From: Catajapyx aquilonaris
Taxonomy: Eukaryota
DNA length: 64,000 bases
Direction of reading: 5' to 3'
Assembly (NCBI GenBank): GCA_000934665.2
Contig: KZ538024.1
Span: 1-64,000 of the forward strand
The notes beneath the pieces are model-generated. The model did not search any database. It was not told the origin of the DNA and saw only the letters and a program-made list of their open reading frames with translations. A program made the position numbers and the translations under genes. Within the stretch, counting starts at the first letter, position 1, and each line of letters begins with the position of its first letter. This document shows positions 9,938 through 22,000 of this stretch, piece after piece.

Positions 9938-12653
9938 CGAGAGCTTTCCAGACATCGACAGATCTGCACACAAGAAAATACTTTCCTGATACAATAGCCG
10001 ACAGCAGTTAATACTGTATTAAGAAAAATTGGTTCGCGCATCGTTACTTTCTTCAGGCATTACTTGGCATCAGATCGATACGGATGGAACTAGAGAGAAG
10101 AAGCAATAGAAATGGAGTTTACATTCTCCATTGTGCTACGCAAATTGCTTCGCAAATGAGATCTACTGCACTTATTCTAAGAAACTATAGAATCTAATCA
10201 AAACTAACAAGGACCAGATGAGAGTTGAGATTGCTATCCAAGTTTCTAGAAACTTTTTCATTTACTGCTTATTTGTCTCATTTTCTTTTACAAGGCACAA
10301 AACACAGGACTGCTACAGCATTAATTTTACAGCTTGTTTATACGCATATTGCTTACGAAGACAGGAATAGGCCATTTTCGTCCAGGTCGTACGCATTTGC
10401 ATATAAACTTCATTACTTTCTCTTTCAGAAAAAAAGACATTTTCTCGCTCTCTATACGGACCTAACGGCCATGTTTACTCTCTAAGAGTGGTTGCAGACC
10501 ATAGAAACAGCAGTGCTTTCATTTAGCTGATGATGAAGTTAGGTTTGTCTTTACAAAATGGTAAATTAATGTGCTAACAGGATAATCCGTTAGATAGGTG
10601 CTCTCTCCAAGACCACATACTTTACTCTGGGAATCGATATACTTGTACTGAATTTAAAATAACTTATTTATTCCTAAATGAAAAATAGCTCTTACAAATA
10701 ATAAATTACGCAATAAGCGATCAGAAAGTCTGCAGGACCGGCTGCATCACTGATATAGGTATACTGTTACTAGTTGTTGAGAAATTGTCTGCAACAATAA
10801 ATAAAATTCGTTAAACCTTCTGCAAATTTAATCAACCTTCACTGACGCAACTGAGCCTAACCAGTGTAAAAAAATGGCGCAGACACGTCATCTTATACGT
10901 ATATATGGCCTATTTATATACACTGATGTCACTATTTTTGTCTTGTCAGCTTACGGCTATAAAACTTGTCCAGACTTGAGTCCACTTATCAGTACGTGAA
11001 AAATAATTTCCAATTAATCTACCCTATACCATACTTGGTAATCAACCAAGCAACTTTGATTGATGTAACGAGGTATGTGAAGAGCGGGGTCTTTAGTATT
11101 GCGCATCTACAATAGAAGACTATATAGGATTTGTGGGGGTTGAATCCCCGGGATCACTATTCTGCACCCATCCGAGAGATTAGCCAATAAAAGCGTACTC
11201 TCCATCGCAGATTAGTTTACCTTTCGAGAGTATAAACAAGCAGGAAATGGAATAAACTGACGGCCATAACGTGCACACTACCGGCCCTTTAAAGTGTCAA
11301 TATTATTTGTTCAGATTCGTTGAAGAGTGAAGCCTATCACTTCTCTCTATATAGGTGTCAATTGCAGCTAAAATAATATTGCACTATCAGCCCTGATTTT
11401 CATTTGGGTTCATACAAGGTTCAGTTATAGGCCTATTATTTCTCTACACACGCACACTCCCAAACAAAATAAAAGCATTAGGTCAGGTTGTAGGACAGTC
11501 CCAAAAATTATTATTTTTTGGCTGGAAAAGAGCCAGTTGTTGTCAACAATGAATAACACACATTTCTGGGTCTTATCCAACTAATATTTTTTCTTGAGCT
11601 GTGCAACTGGACCTTCATGGAAAAATTAAGAGGCCTTCTTCCACTGAATGTTTACTTCGTTAGCCCCTCCCGGATTAATCTGCAACGTTTTTCATAGAGT
11701 AAGCAGCGTCATCCATAATCCCCCCCCCCCCNCCCCCCCCCGCCCCTCTAAACACCCCTACTTTCCCCATCCTTCCCTCCCCATGCCTTAGTTGCCTCGC
11801 CTTTTCCTCCCATCCGTCCAATAAACCAAAATAATGTCGACCCTATAATTGAACAATTAATGGCTGATAATATCAACCCACCATATCATGTTGCTCCCGA
11901 GAAAATATGCACTGGGCACGAACATTTTTGTACCCACCTTGAATTAAACTGTACCACGTTGTAATTATATACGCCTGAGATTTGCATAATGCATGTCCTA
12001 CTTACAGTTAGGTTGGAGCATATTTTACTGTAAAGTGGATTTTACAGCATAATACACACCTATGTAGTTTTTCTCACATTTTGAAGTGATTATTCTTTAT
12101 GGAAATACACTAAACAATTTTGTGAAATACGTATAGCACACAGATATAGTAACAGCTCTGCTTTGCAACTTTGTTGATTTATGCATCACGTGATTTTTAG
12201 CACAATCCCTTATTAAGTTACGACTATTACTTTTGAGTAGCCCTCCTGAAAACACACGTTAGAAAGTCAAGCCCATCGTTGTTTATGGGCAATTTGCTAC
12301 TAGATTACCTTCCCATTTGGCTCAACTTACGAGTAGCTCATGCATTTTTCTCGGCGATTCCGTGAAAATCCCGCAGTAATTTCGCAATCTACTGTTGTAG
12401 TCGGTGAAGAATGACGCCAAGGGTTTTATCTCTGGGCCTAAAGTGAACCATTGGGAGCTCCGTCTGACTCGAGAAAGTTCCGTACCAAATTAATGCCAGC
12501 GTACTTTTTACATCCTACATCCAAGTGCACGGCTTCTTCATTATTCTCTTTCCACATCAGTGTAAAATAGTTTCGCCCAACATATCCTGTCACTATACAA
12601 CCATCAACACTATTTGTAGGCTTCCCCTTTAATGGTTGCATAGGTCCAGCAGT

Positions 12654-12833
12654 TGACTATCATGGGTGGTAGACTCTCATGGGTGGTCAACTGACTATCA
12701 TGGGTGGTCAACTGACTATCATGGGTGGTCAACTGACTATCATGGGTGGTCAACTGACTACCCAAGGTGCCTGGGTGGTCAACTGACTACCCAAGGTGCC
12801 TGGGTAGTCATACTGGATATGATCAACTGACTA
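12654..12833. repeat. Minisatellite: about five 21-bp units, then two 29-bp variants
   Basis: Unit GGGTGGTCAACTGACTATCAT, switching to GGGTGGTCAACTGACTACCCAAGGTGCCT. Confidence 0.93.
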
Positions 12834-14040
12834 GTGCAGGCAACGTTTTTCCAATTTTTTTGACAGATAGTACAGTACCTCACTGTCAGAAACGGTCACA
12901 GCAAGAGACTCTAGAGTCACGTACGACTGTCGTTTATTTATTCGTACATGTCAACTCTTCATGCCTCCAGCGAAATAAATAGCCAGCTAGCTACTCATCA
13001 CCTTTTAGGCAGCTAAAGGTGGAGTGCGTCCATTATCTCACGCACGACATGCCTCTACTGTATATATTTGCGTGCAGATCGCATCTCATACACGTGCCAC
13101 CAGAGCATTATTCACAAGCACGTGACCCCTAAAAATCGCGCATAAGTAGGTCAAAAATGTCATCGATGATCCCAAAGATGTTTCCGAATGTGCAAGTTAG
13201 GAAGCAAACACTTCGGGAATCGTCTCCTAATTGGGAAGCCTAACTTGGGCGTGAGAGCCAATAAATCGGGACAGAGCCGCGGCATTCCCATAGATCTCTG
13301 GGTCCTAAATTGCTGCGCTGAAGTTTGTGCGCGCACCATCAGAGCAGTTGGCGAGCAAGCGAGTTATTGCACGGGGCTAAGAGGACGTTTGTCTAGAGGG
13401 AAGAGGAAAAGCCACAGACAAACTACCTTAGATCAGGGAATTTCTCGTCTGAAGGTATCTACCCTGTTATATAGCAAAGGGTGGGTGGGAGGGTGGGAGG
13501 GGGGGGGGGGGGTTGGGTAGCAATCGACCCCAAAGACTAAACACAGCGGCCGCAACCAACTCTCATTTTCCGTGGCCGGTGGCCTTTCCCAAACTTCCTG
13601 CCTGGCCTTCAAATGCCTCTCATTCCAGGCCTTAATGTCGACGACCAAATTGTGCGCTGCTTGGTCTGCTTATCAAAAGGTCGCGTTTCATCTCCGGCCG
13701 AGGGTGACGCTGCTCCTGAACACTCGTTTTCGGCCTATTTGGAGCGGAAACTGGAGTCAATATTGCGAATTTTTATCGCACTTTCAGCCAGAGCAGCATA
13801 TTGGCGAGCGAGGCATGCCGGCCTATTGGCTTGTCCGGAGCATGTGAAACGATCTTTCGCGCTGTCAATTATGCTAAGAGAGATTTCACTAACGGGGCGT
13901 GAGCCTGAGACCGCAACATATAACTGGAGGTGAGCATGCGGGCCATGAGCGTGTTACTAGCTTCGCTGTCTATCCCTGTCAGTAAAATACGTCGTAACTA
14001 TGACCGGTCAATGGCAAGGGGGGGGGGGGGGAACGCTCCT

Positions 14041-14490
14041 AAAACTAAAACTAATAAAAATGAATAACTTACATGAAAATAAACAAATAAAATACACAAT
14101 TTAAAAGGATAAACATTAATTACCGTAATAATTAATAAAAATGAATAAATGAAAATGAATAAAAATGAAAAATACACGACAATTTAAAATAAACAAAATT
14201 AATAACTAATGAAAATGAACAAATGAAAATGAATAAAAATGAATAAATGAAAATGAATAAAAATTAATAAATGAAAACGAATAAAAATTAATAAACGAAA
14301 ATTAATAAAATGAATTAATGAAAATTAATAAAAATTAAAAATACACAACAATTTAAAATAAACAATAATTAATGAAAATGAATAAATGAAAATTAATAAA
14401 AACGAATAAAAACAAATAAATGACAAATGACAAAAAAATGACAAACAAAAATAAACGAAAATTTAAGAATAATAGAAATGAATAAACGAA
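14041..14490. repeat. A-rich low-complexity / degenerate tandem repeat
   Basis: Reiterated AATAAAAATG, AATAAATGAAA and AATTAATAAA units with strong strand asymmetry. Confidence 0.9.
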
Positions 14491-14495
14491 AATTA

Positions 14496-15273
14496 CCGTA
14501 TTACCTCACTTAAAGCGGCATGCAGGTATAAAACGAAGTTGATCAGCATGCCGGTATAGCCCAGGGGTAGCCGGCATGCCGCAATAACCGAGGTAGATTT
14601 CCATCATTTTGATCCTTGATAAATTTTTTTCGAATGGAATGTACTAAAATAATGTTACTGTGAACATGTGCAAGTACAGGCCTACAGGGCTGTGATAATA
14701 TGCAAGTTCATCTGTTGCACAGGGTATAAAGTGTGACCAATTTCATATTGAGCATGTTCTGAGAGGGGAACCCCCCTAAACATTACAAATTGCGATAAAG
14801 GCAAATTCCTTCAGTATTTCTTTTTGCTCAATAGTTCGCTGATCGCAGATCTCGTTGGCAATCAGATGATCAATTTGTCTAGTGGTATCAATTTGTCTGA
14901 GACTTCGTCTCAGCCTAATAAAATCAAATATCCCTGTAGGTATATATGCTTCCCTTTTTGCAGCCTTGCACTTTTAATATTGAAAATGTTGCCATAAAAG
15001 AACTTAACGAACGATCTTATGGGATGTGTCAGGAAATAGAAGTGAACTGGGCTGTATCCGCACCGTAGAACATGGTGCAATGCATTCATTTGAATAAACT
15101 TAATAATATTTATTTTCACAGAGATAGTGATAATTCTGTGCTTAAGAAAACCACGCCTTATACCGGCATACCTCGCTTATACCGGCATGCCGGTATAGCC
15201 ACCAGATCGTGCATTTCTAAAAACTGGTCGACCTCGACTACACCGGCATGCCGCTTTAAGTAAGGTAATACGG
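14496..15273. mobile_element. Non-autonomous TIR element with CCGTA termini and TA TSD (pogo/Tc1-mariner superfamily-like)
   Basis: TA|CCGTATTACCTCACTTAAAGCGGCATGC ... GCATGCCGCTTTAAGTAAGGTAATACGG|TA. Several subterminal CCGGCATGCCG palindromic motifs at both ends. Confidence 0.88.
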
Positions 15274-16693
15274 TATTAATAATAAAAAATAAATAAAGAA
15301 GATGGCAGTCCCAAAACATTTAATTTCCTGCCCTAATTTGGGGGAGCAGGCTGAGAAATGGTCTTGAATGGCTGTTCCCCACAGACGTGAGTATTTCGAC
15401 GTTGCATCGCAGTCGTCTGTGGTCTCATAAAAATTGCTGCAATTGCCCCTGAAAAAGCAGGGCCAAATCCACAAATCACCCTCAGGACCATATTGCTCGG
15501 CATGTTTCTTACATCGCAATTTGTTACTTGTGCAGCAGAGAACCCAGGAAAAAAAAAGACGAGAGAGAACCGGTAGTGTTAGGGGGGTCTTCCAGTTCCA
15601 TTTTACGGCTCGGAGATTACCTTGTAGCGTGCGAATCGGCTGTAAAAGCCCGGTCATCACCCTCCTAAGAGGATTTTTTTTCAGTAACTGGGTCTACCTA
15701 TTTGGTCCGGTCTGCCAATGTACTAAAGAGGGGCAAAAAAAGAGGGGATATCTTGCATGATTATTATCTTCCTCCCTTCCTTCCTTTATCCTGGAGTAAG
15801 GATCTAAGCCTTTTCATGCAGAAAATTGAAGGGTAGATTGGTTATCGATCAATAAGGTGCGAAAAAATGCAGCATAAAAAGATCTGATCCTGTAAAGCAC
15901 ACAATATAGGAGTAGGGGGAATGCTCTAGTTGCACGCAATATTTCAGAATATTATTTTTCATTTTGTATGTTCTCCCCCATTTTCTGGATTCAATTTCCT
16001 TTCCAACCCTCAAAGTTTTGGATTATGCACAATGTTCTGAATCCATCTCTCCCCACCCTGGAACCGTCTTGAGGTCCATATTACCTTTCTTTGTTTCGAA
16101 ATAGATTGCCTTCTGCTCCATAGGATTTATAAAAGAACGGCTTACGGCTCCTGCTCATTTAGCATAACGGGATGAGGGAATTGAAATTAGGATCCTTCTT
16201 TGGGAAATGAGTTCACTGGATCATAATGATGAATACCGGGTTTGTTTTACCGCGGAAATTGGCAGCCTGCAGAAACATTATAGAGTTTTCATATTTACTG
16301 AGGGCTGTCTCTTTGCTGGGTGTATGTTGGATGGGCATGCGCAGGAGAAATAATACTAGACGATTCACGATAAAAACTTGCTGTGTGTGGCCTACATGCA
16401 GAAGGATCAGTGTCTCAATTGAGTACCTGTACACGAAGATCTGCAAAGACAACAGAGGTCAACTATAAAATAACGAACATACCAGCATAGTGGAAAACAT
16501 ATGATATGTTGTCAACCTAATGGAGTTTACGCTGGTGGCAACCATGTGCCTTAATTGTTGATTTGCACAAAACAACAGAGAAATGAGCTAACAATGATCG
16601 CGACGGTTACCAGTCCCAAACAAGGGCATTTGAAGGAAAGTTGGAGTAAAATTATGCTCCATGATTAATTAAATACTACCCCATAATTACGCA

Positions 16694-16874
16694 ATGGGCA
16701 CAAACATAAATATGGCATTTGACATGCCTATGATGTCTGTTAGCTGTGACCCATCCTCATCCATCTCTCCGTCCAGAGTCGAAGATCATACGCCTATAAC
16801 AGACAACCTCTCTCCGTCCAGCGTCGAAGATCATACGCCTATAACAGACAACCGGATTGAAAATGTCTTCAAGG
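16694..16874 (+). CDS. Unknown four-exon gene, exon 1 (MGTNINMAFD...RIENVFK)
   Basis: ATG at 16694; donor G|GTGAGT at 16875; 181 nt (phase 1), matching the phase needed by exon 2. Confidence 0.75.
16764..16853 (+). repeat. In-frame 45-bp tandem duplication in exon 1
   Basis: TCTCTCCGTCCAG(A/C)GTCGAAGATCATACGCCTATAACAGACAACC twice with one mismatch; encodes SPSxVEDHTPITDN twice. Confidence 0.95.
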
Positions 16875-17025
16875 GTGAGTTCCGCCAAGGTTAAAATTAT
16901 TTTTGCAAATGTACAATATCACGAATTCCAACGTCTTGTTGAACAAAAAAGAATGACATACTATTTTCTGCACACTGTCATACGCTATACGTTTCAAATT
17001 CGTGTGTTTCTATTGCTCCCATCAG

Positions 17026-17216
17026 ATTCATACAAGAACAATGCGGACAAGTGGGATGCACTCTTCGCTAAGCACACGGAAAATAGGAACAGATTGCACA
17101 GCATGTTCCAGAGAAAAATTGCAATCCTTCAAAATTTGTGGAGGAAGAGTGTGGATGAGGGCACCAAGATTCTTGAAATGATTATTTCCATCCTAGAGTC
17201 AAAAAATTGTCCTAAG
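17026..17216 (+). CDS. Unknown four-exon gene, exon 2 (DSYKNNADKW...ESKNCPK)
   Basis: Acceptor TTTCTATTGCTCCCATCAG, donor AAG|GTAAGG. 191 nt, cumulative 372 nt (phase 0). Amphipathic helical sequence. Confidence 0.8.
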
Positions 17217-17331
17217 GTAAGGGTAGAAATAACATGCCATAAGTCTAATTTTTATATGTGCACAGAAACTAGTCAATAATTCCTGAGTAAAAAATTAACA
17301 AATGCAGATTAGGTCTGTATAGGTGTGATGT

Positions 17332-18398
17332 AGGGGAAGGTGGGATAATGACGAGCATAGTAGGTAATCCCACCCACTTCAATCTATCTAATTCTATAGA
17401 CGTTCTTTGATTCAGTTTGAGGTCCTACCTGGCTCCTCGTTTCTTTAAATGAGCAGATGAGAATAAGGGTGTTCATGGTGCAATGAGAGAAAACGTGGTA
17501 AGGGAAACGTTGTTTTTCGCAATTCACGTATCTTATAATTGAATCGGTCATTTTTAAAAGGGCAACAATATTCACATGAAACGGGCATTGAATCTTGCCC
17601 TTTTCAAAATGACCTATTCATTTGCCTGACTGACAATGTGAGTCCACTCTATGGTCTGAATTTGCACCTGAAAATATTTACATGCTGAAGGACTTGCTCT
17701 GTGATCAGTTTGGAGAAATATGGAATTCTCATAAACTTTGCCAGTGAGGTGGAACTGGACATTTGAAAATAAACATCCGGCTGTGCATGGGTAATTGCAG
17801 TATTGCACCCATCAATATGAGATATTGCCTCACAGTACTGAATACGTGGGAAAATATATTATTGGTAGCGTAATTTCTTGTTCGATGATGTAAACTGAGC
17901 CAAGAGGCAATACAAAGCTAGTAGTTGTTGCTGGAAACAGTGAAAAATAAGCCGAAGGGGGGTTTACATTACAGAAATGACAATCAAGACTAGTAAGGGG
18001 AGGTTAGAACTCTTTCGGACGGCATGTATCATTAAAACGATATTCATTCAATAATCATAATTATGATAATGATATGTCATATAGGTTTACATGTAATGCA
18101 TTAATGTTGCAAATGCAATTATTTGTGATGAAATATATTCCATATGATTCTTGGGTGGAGAATGAATGGGTACAATTGCCTCATGTTTCAGGTCTGGCAC
18201 CTAATGAACCATTTTCTTAGAATAAATGCATTCTTAACTGAATTATCTAAATTGAAAGAATTAAAATTGCGAAATAATATCCTAAATTCGCAAAAATAAT
18301 TATGGTGAACTTGGTTTCATGTCTTTATAGATTACTCAGTACTCAAACAACAAAACAACAATAATCCTAGGTGGGCCGCATTGCCCCACATTCCCTTG
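17332..18398. mobile_element. Possible old TIR element filling intron 2 and overlapping the start of exon 3
   Basis: Left TAGGGGAAGGTGGGATAATG versus reverse complement of the right end CAAGGGAATGTGGGGCAATG (15/20 identical). Interior degenerate. Confidence 0.35.
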
Positions 18399-18561
18399 CC
18401 CTAAAAAGCCACCAGTTATGGAAGAGTACTGGCAGTCAGTCAACGTGAAGGACGAGTCTCACAAGGAGTTTCGTAACCTCCTGAAGATGCTTAAGGTGGC
18501 CTACGAGGAAGAGAATACACTTTGTGGACACACAATGCTCCTGAAGGAGGAGTACTATCAG
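18331..18561 (+). CDS. Unknown four-exon gene, exon 3 (ITQYSNN...PPVMEEYW...KEEYYQ)
   Basis: Acceptor TTTCATGTCTTTATAG, open frame of 231 nt in phase 0/0, donor CAG|GTAAAT. An alternative in-frame acceptor (AAG at 18406-18408) would start the exon at 18409. Confidence 0.78.
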
Positions 18562-18769
18562 GTAAATTTGACAATATTGATTCGTTTAAAATTTTTGTGC
18601 CACATGAACAAAGAAAGATAATTGGAACCTAAAATAACTGAGCCGCACTAGTGAAGACCGCAATTTTCGTTTTGCGTCTATTCCACGTCATGGGACGTGA
18701 AATGAAATCTCCCTGATTCATTTTGCAATCGTCACCACCTGGTCCTAACTTTCTCTGTCCTTCCTCAAG

Positions 18770-19045
18770 AAATTGGATCAGGTGATCTTGGACCAGCAGA
18801 GAGAAGTTAAGGAAGTGTCCGCTGATAATGTCCTGGATGAAAGCAAAATGTGTGACAAGCCTGATACCCAGGCTTTACCAGCAGGCTTGGAAAACAAGGC
18901 CGCAGAAGCAAGCGCAGAAGTCCTCGATATCATGAACAACACGCCTGCCCTATTGGAGGACAAAGGCCAGGACCGTCCGAATAACACCACCGATCCTCTG
19001 AAAGGCCACAACCAGCCCACTGACCCTAAGGACAAATCTGATTAA
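18770..19045 (+). CDS. Unknown four-exon gene, exon 4 (KLDQVILDQQ...DPKDKSD*)
   Basis: Branch-like CTAAC at 18745, then pyrimidine tract TTTCTCTGTCCTTCCTCAAG. In frame with exon 3; stop TAA at 19043-19045. Total CDS 879 nt (292 aa). Confidence 0.78.
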   Translation, partial: KLDQVILDQQREVKEVSADNVLDESKMCDKPDTQALPAGLENKAAEASAEVLDIMNNTPALLEDKGQDRPNNTTDPLKGHNQPTDPKDKSD

Positions 19046-22000
19046 GACCTGAACCGCATTGGCTCTATGAAAGATGAGGCTTTGACTGGAGACCAATTAT
19101 GTATCGAAAAATTTATCAGGGACATATTTTACAAATACGTGCAGATAAGGACTTGCCTATTTTTGCCTAGATATATAAATTAAAATAATTTTTAGCAATA
19201 CTTTACATATAACTTTCCTGTGAGTCGGAAAATGTTCAACTAAATGGTAAACGTACCCAAGCGATATTTTTTAAAAATGTAAACAAAAAAGTTCCTTCTA
19301 TTAAACTTGATAAAATTCTCAGATGTTTTTATTACCGGTACTATCACAATGGCAAAACAGCATAATTATATCAGTAAAAATGATTATACTATGAGGGAAA
19401 GGAGTGCAGATCTATCACTACCATCTTATTAGAATAGATCCTCGGTACGATCCCAAACCTGGAATAATAATTCTCTCCTACACAGATTTAATACCTCCAT
19501 CTTCATTTTCGTTGCTGAAATTTCCACTAGACAATAGACCAAGGAAAAGTTTACATTGAGTTCCAATATACAATATAATATATTGAAGTATCCGTTAGTG
19601 GTGGGATTTTTTTTGCACTATAATGTGCTTATTTGAAGCAGTTACTTTCGAGCAGTTAAATTTAGAAGGCATGAAATTTTTTAGAGGAAATGCATCAAAC
19701 TCGGTCCCAGACCGATGCAAATATAACATTCACTTTTATGACAGAAGCACACAGTACATGCATTACAATAAGGAAACCTTACAAAAGGGAGGCTATAATT
19801 GAGAGTCTAGAGACGTGGCGGGTGTTAAGCGCGAGGAGACAAATGCCAATGAACATCAAAGGCTGCTGTGAGAAATAGCAGAAAAAGGGTTCCTGGCACC
19901 AAAGACTGAAGTCGTTGGAACAGACGCTGGCAAAGACGTGCCCTGTACGACAAGCCTGACAAACCGATACCTGCAAGTCACGTGTATCCCACGCTAAATG
20001 TGTGTGGAAGCTGGAGAGCTAGAACCTACAGCATTTTAAAGCTGAAACCGTCTAGAGATGCTGACATTTACAAAAAAAAAAAAGAAGGGGAAGGGCGATA
20101 ACTAATGCATAATGCCATTTACGCCTGGGCGATAACGTTGCGAGACCTAGGGCACCTCACAAACAACCTGTAGATACGGATGAATTACGATCGGGGAGCA
20201 TCTTCAGCTCCTCTCCCCAGAGACTTTCCAAAATCCTGACCCTCCAAGACCACATTGACCGTCGAGATGGCCGATAAGCATTAAATTGATTGGCTGAGTT
20301 CGGAAGTTGGCCACTCCGGATTGCTGTTTTTGTTCGAGGTGATAAAGCCCTCGGCGCTTGAGAACTTACTAGATATTTTGGAGGGGGGGACCTTCCACTT
20401 TCTTGTACAAAACGCCCTAATCGCTTCTTCCAAGTGTAACATCATAATGGAGCTTCACTAGGATAAAATAACGTGGCTTGTGTGCAGAATGGGAGTGAAA
20501 TTCGGATGAAATATTAGAGCCTCCGGTATATATAGGGTGGCGGTAATTTGGAGGCTAGTAATGGTATCAGGTATAGTGCGGCCACTTTTCATACAAATTC
20601 TTGGTCGGAGACTTAGGAATAGCTGCAAAGGACCGCCGGACATGTGGCGCCACTTGAACAAGATCTTCCCCCTCCATGCTCTCATCCCCCGATTTCTCTT
20701 TAGGCTGACGGTGATTTGTGAACGCTTTTCTGGCGACTCCGTAATTTGGCGGCGGAACTTTTCATGGACGGAGAAAAGAGGGAGGCATGACAAATGGCGC
20801 TATCGGGGAGTCAAGTCGAAGAAAATAATCCCTGCAATCTGGAAGTGATGTCGGAGAGACCCTGGCCAACACGCACCCCCTAGTATTTTTTTACTCCCCA
20901 TGCCAGTAGCTAGTAGAAAAATTCGCACCGATCGAAAGCTTGTTATGCCTGGACTGCAGGTCGTTTCCACCAAAATCCAGGTTGGCTCCCTAGTTGTCTG
21001 TAAGGATTAGGTAAATAGGCACGGTAGGAAATTAAACAGGAGGGTCCCCGAAGCTCAATTACTGCTTGTTTGTGCCGGAGCTTTGGTCTAACCGTCCTGG
21101 GCATTTGCGTGGGCCGCAGCACACACAACCTTCTTCCTCCATTTCCTCTAATGGTTCGCTCTTCTGTCCGTAATCCTCCGCGCCCTCCGGGTTTGTTCAT
21201 CATCTCTTGGGACACCATTTGGAAAGTGTGGACTTGACGCCTTTGACTCCAGCCAAAAAGCTGGAGACATCACGTTCACATTTCTCGCCAATCAAATCCA
21301 GAGCTGGCCATGCCACTTGCATGAAAATCATCCTCAATCAGGTAGCACCTGCGCTCTAAGAGATCACCTTCGAGCAATTATACCAGCAATAGATTCAATC
21401 TGCTAACAGGTAGCAAGGCTTTCTGAATGACACTCATCCCCCCAGTCGAAATGGTGCCCTTTGGAAGGAATGGATCCATTATTCCCTTCTTGTAAGACTC
21501 ACCCTCCCAAGCATCGACACACCCCGACAAAAGCCTCCTCGTTAGACCCGACTAAAGATGCCAAACGAGCATGTTCCAATTGGACTAAGTGGAGTAATTA
21601 TCGGCAAGAACACGATTCGAAGAAAGGCTTATTATCCGTCAGTTTCTTCTCCCTTGAAAAGTCTTCCCCTATGCCAAGTCCTGCGCGACACTTGAGGAGG
21701 GCGAAGCATTAAATTTGCATCCGCTCCATTGTGTCGCTTTCTGAACAAAGGATCTAATTATTGCGCCTTACCGTCGCCGTTTGAATAGGGCGCTCATAAA
21801 TATAAATTTCACTGCAGGTACAGGTGACCTGGAGTCCACTTTTGTTTCCCTCGCGTGCTAAACCCAGACGCTGATTAAGGTTCAATCCGGTATTCATCGA
21901 TCAGATTGGGGTCCAACTAAAGCACGTGCAAGCAAAACAAGTAGCAGGCTGTGTATAAGTTGGGTTCTAGCAGTGCCAAGCAAGTTGAGTTAATTTCATC

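Noticed and set aside
12654..12833. CRISPR-like array
   Set aside because: Repeats abut without unique spacers, there are no cas genes, and the context is eukaryotic.
17384..17808. Cys-containing minus-strand ORF fragments as a transposase DNA-binding domain
   Set aside because: Short and interrupted, with no DDE motif; cannot be supported by eye.
17026..18561. Faint resemblance of exons 2-3 to CINP-like helical proteins
   Set aside because: Only a few short motifs recalled from memory; spacing and C-terminus do not fit. Needs a profile search.
20764..20774. TGGACGGAGAA, matching the 5' end of miR-184
   Set aside because: The match ends after 11 nt and no precursor hairpin is evident.
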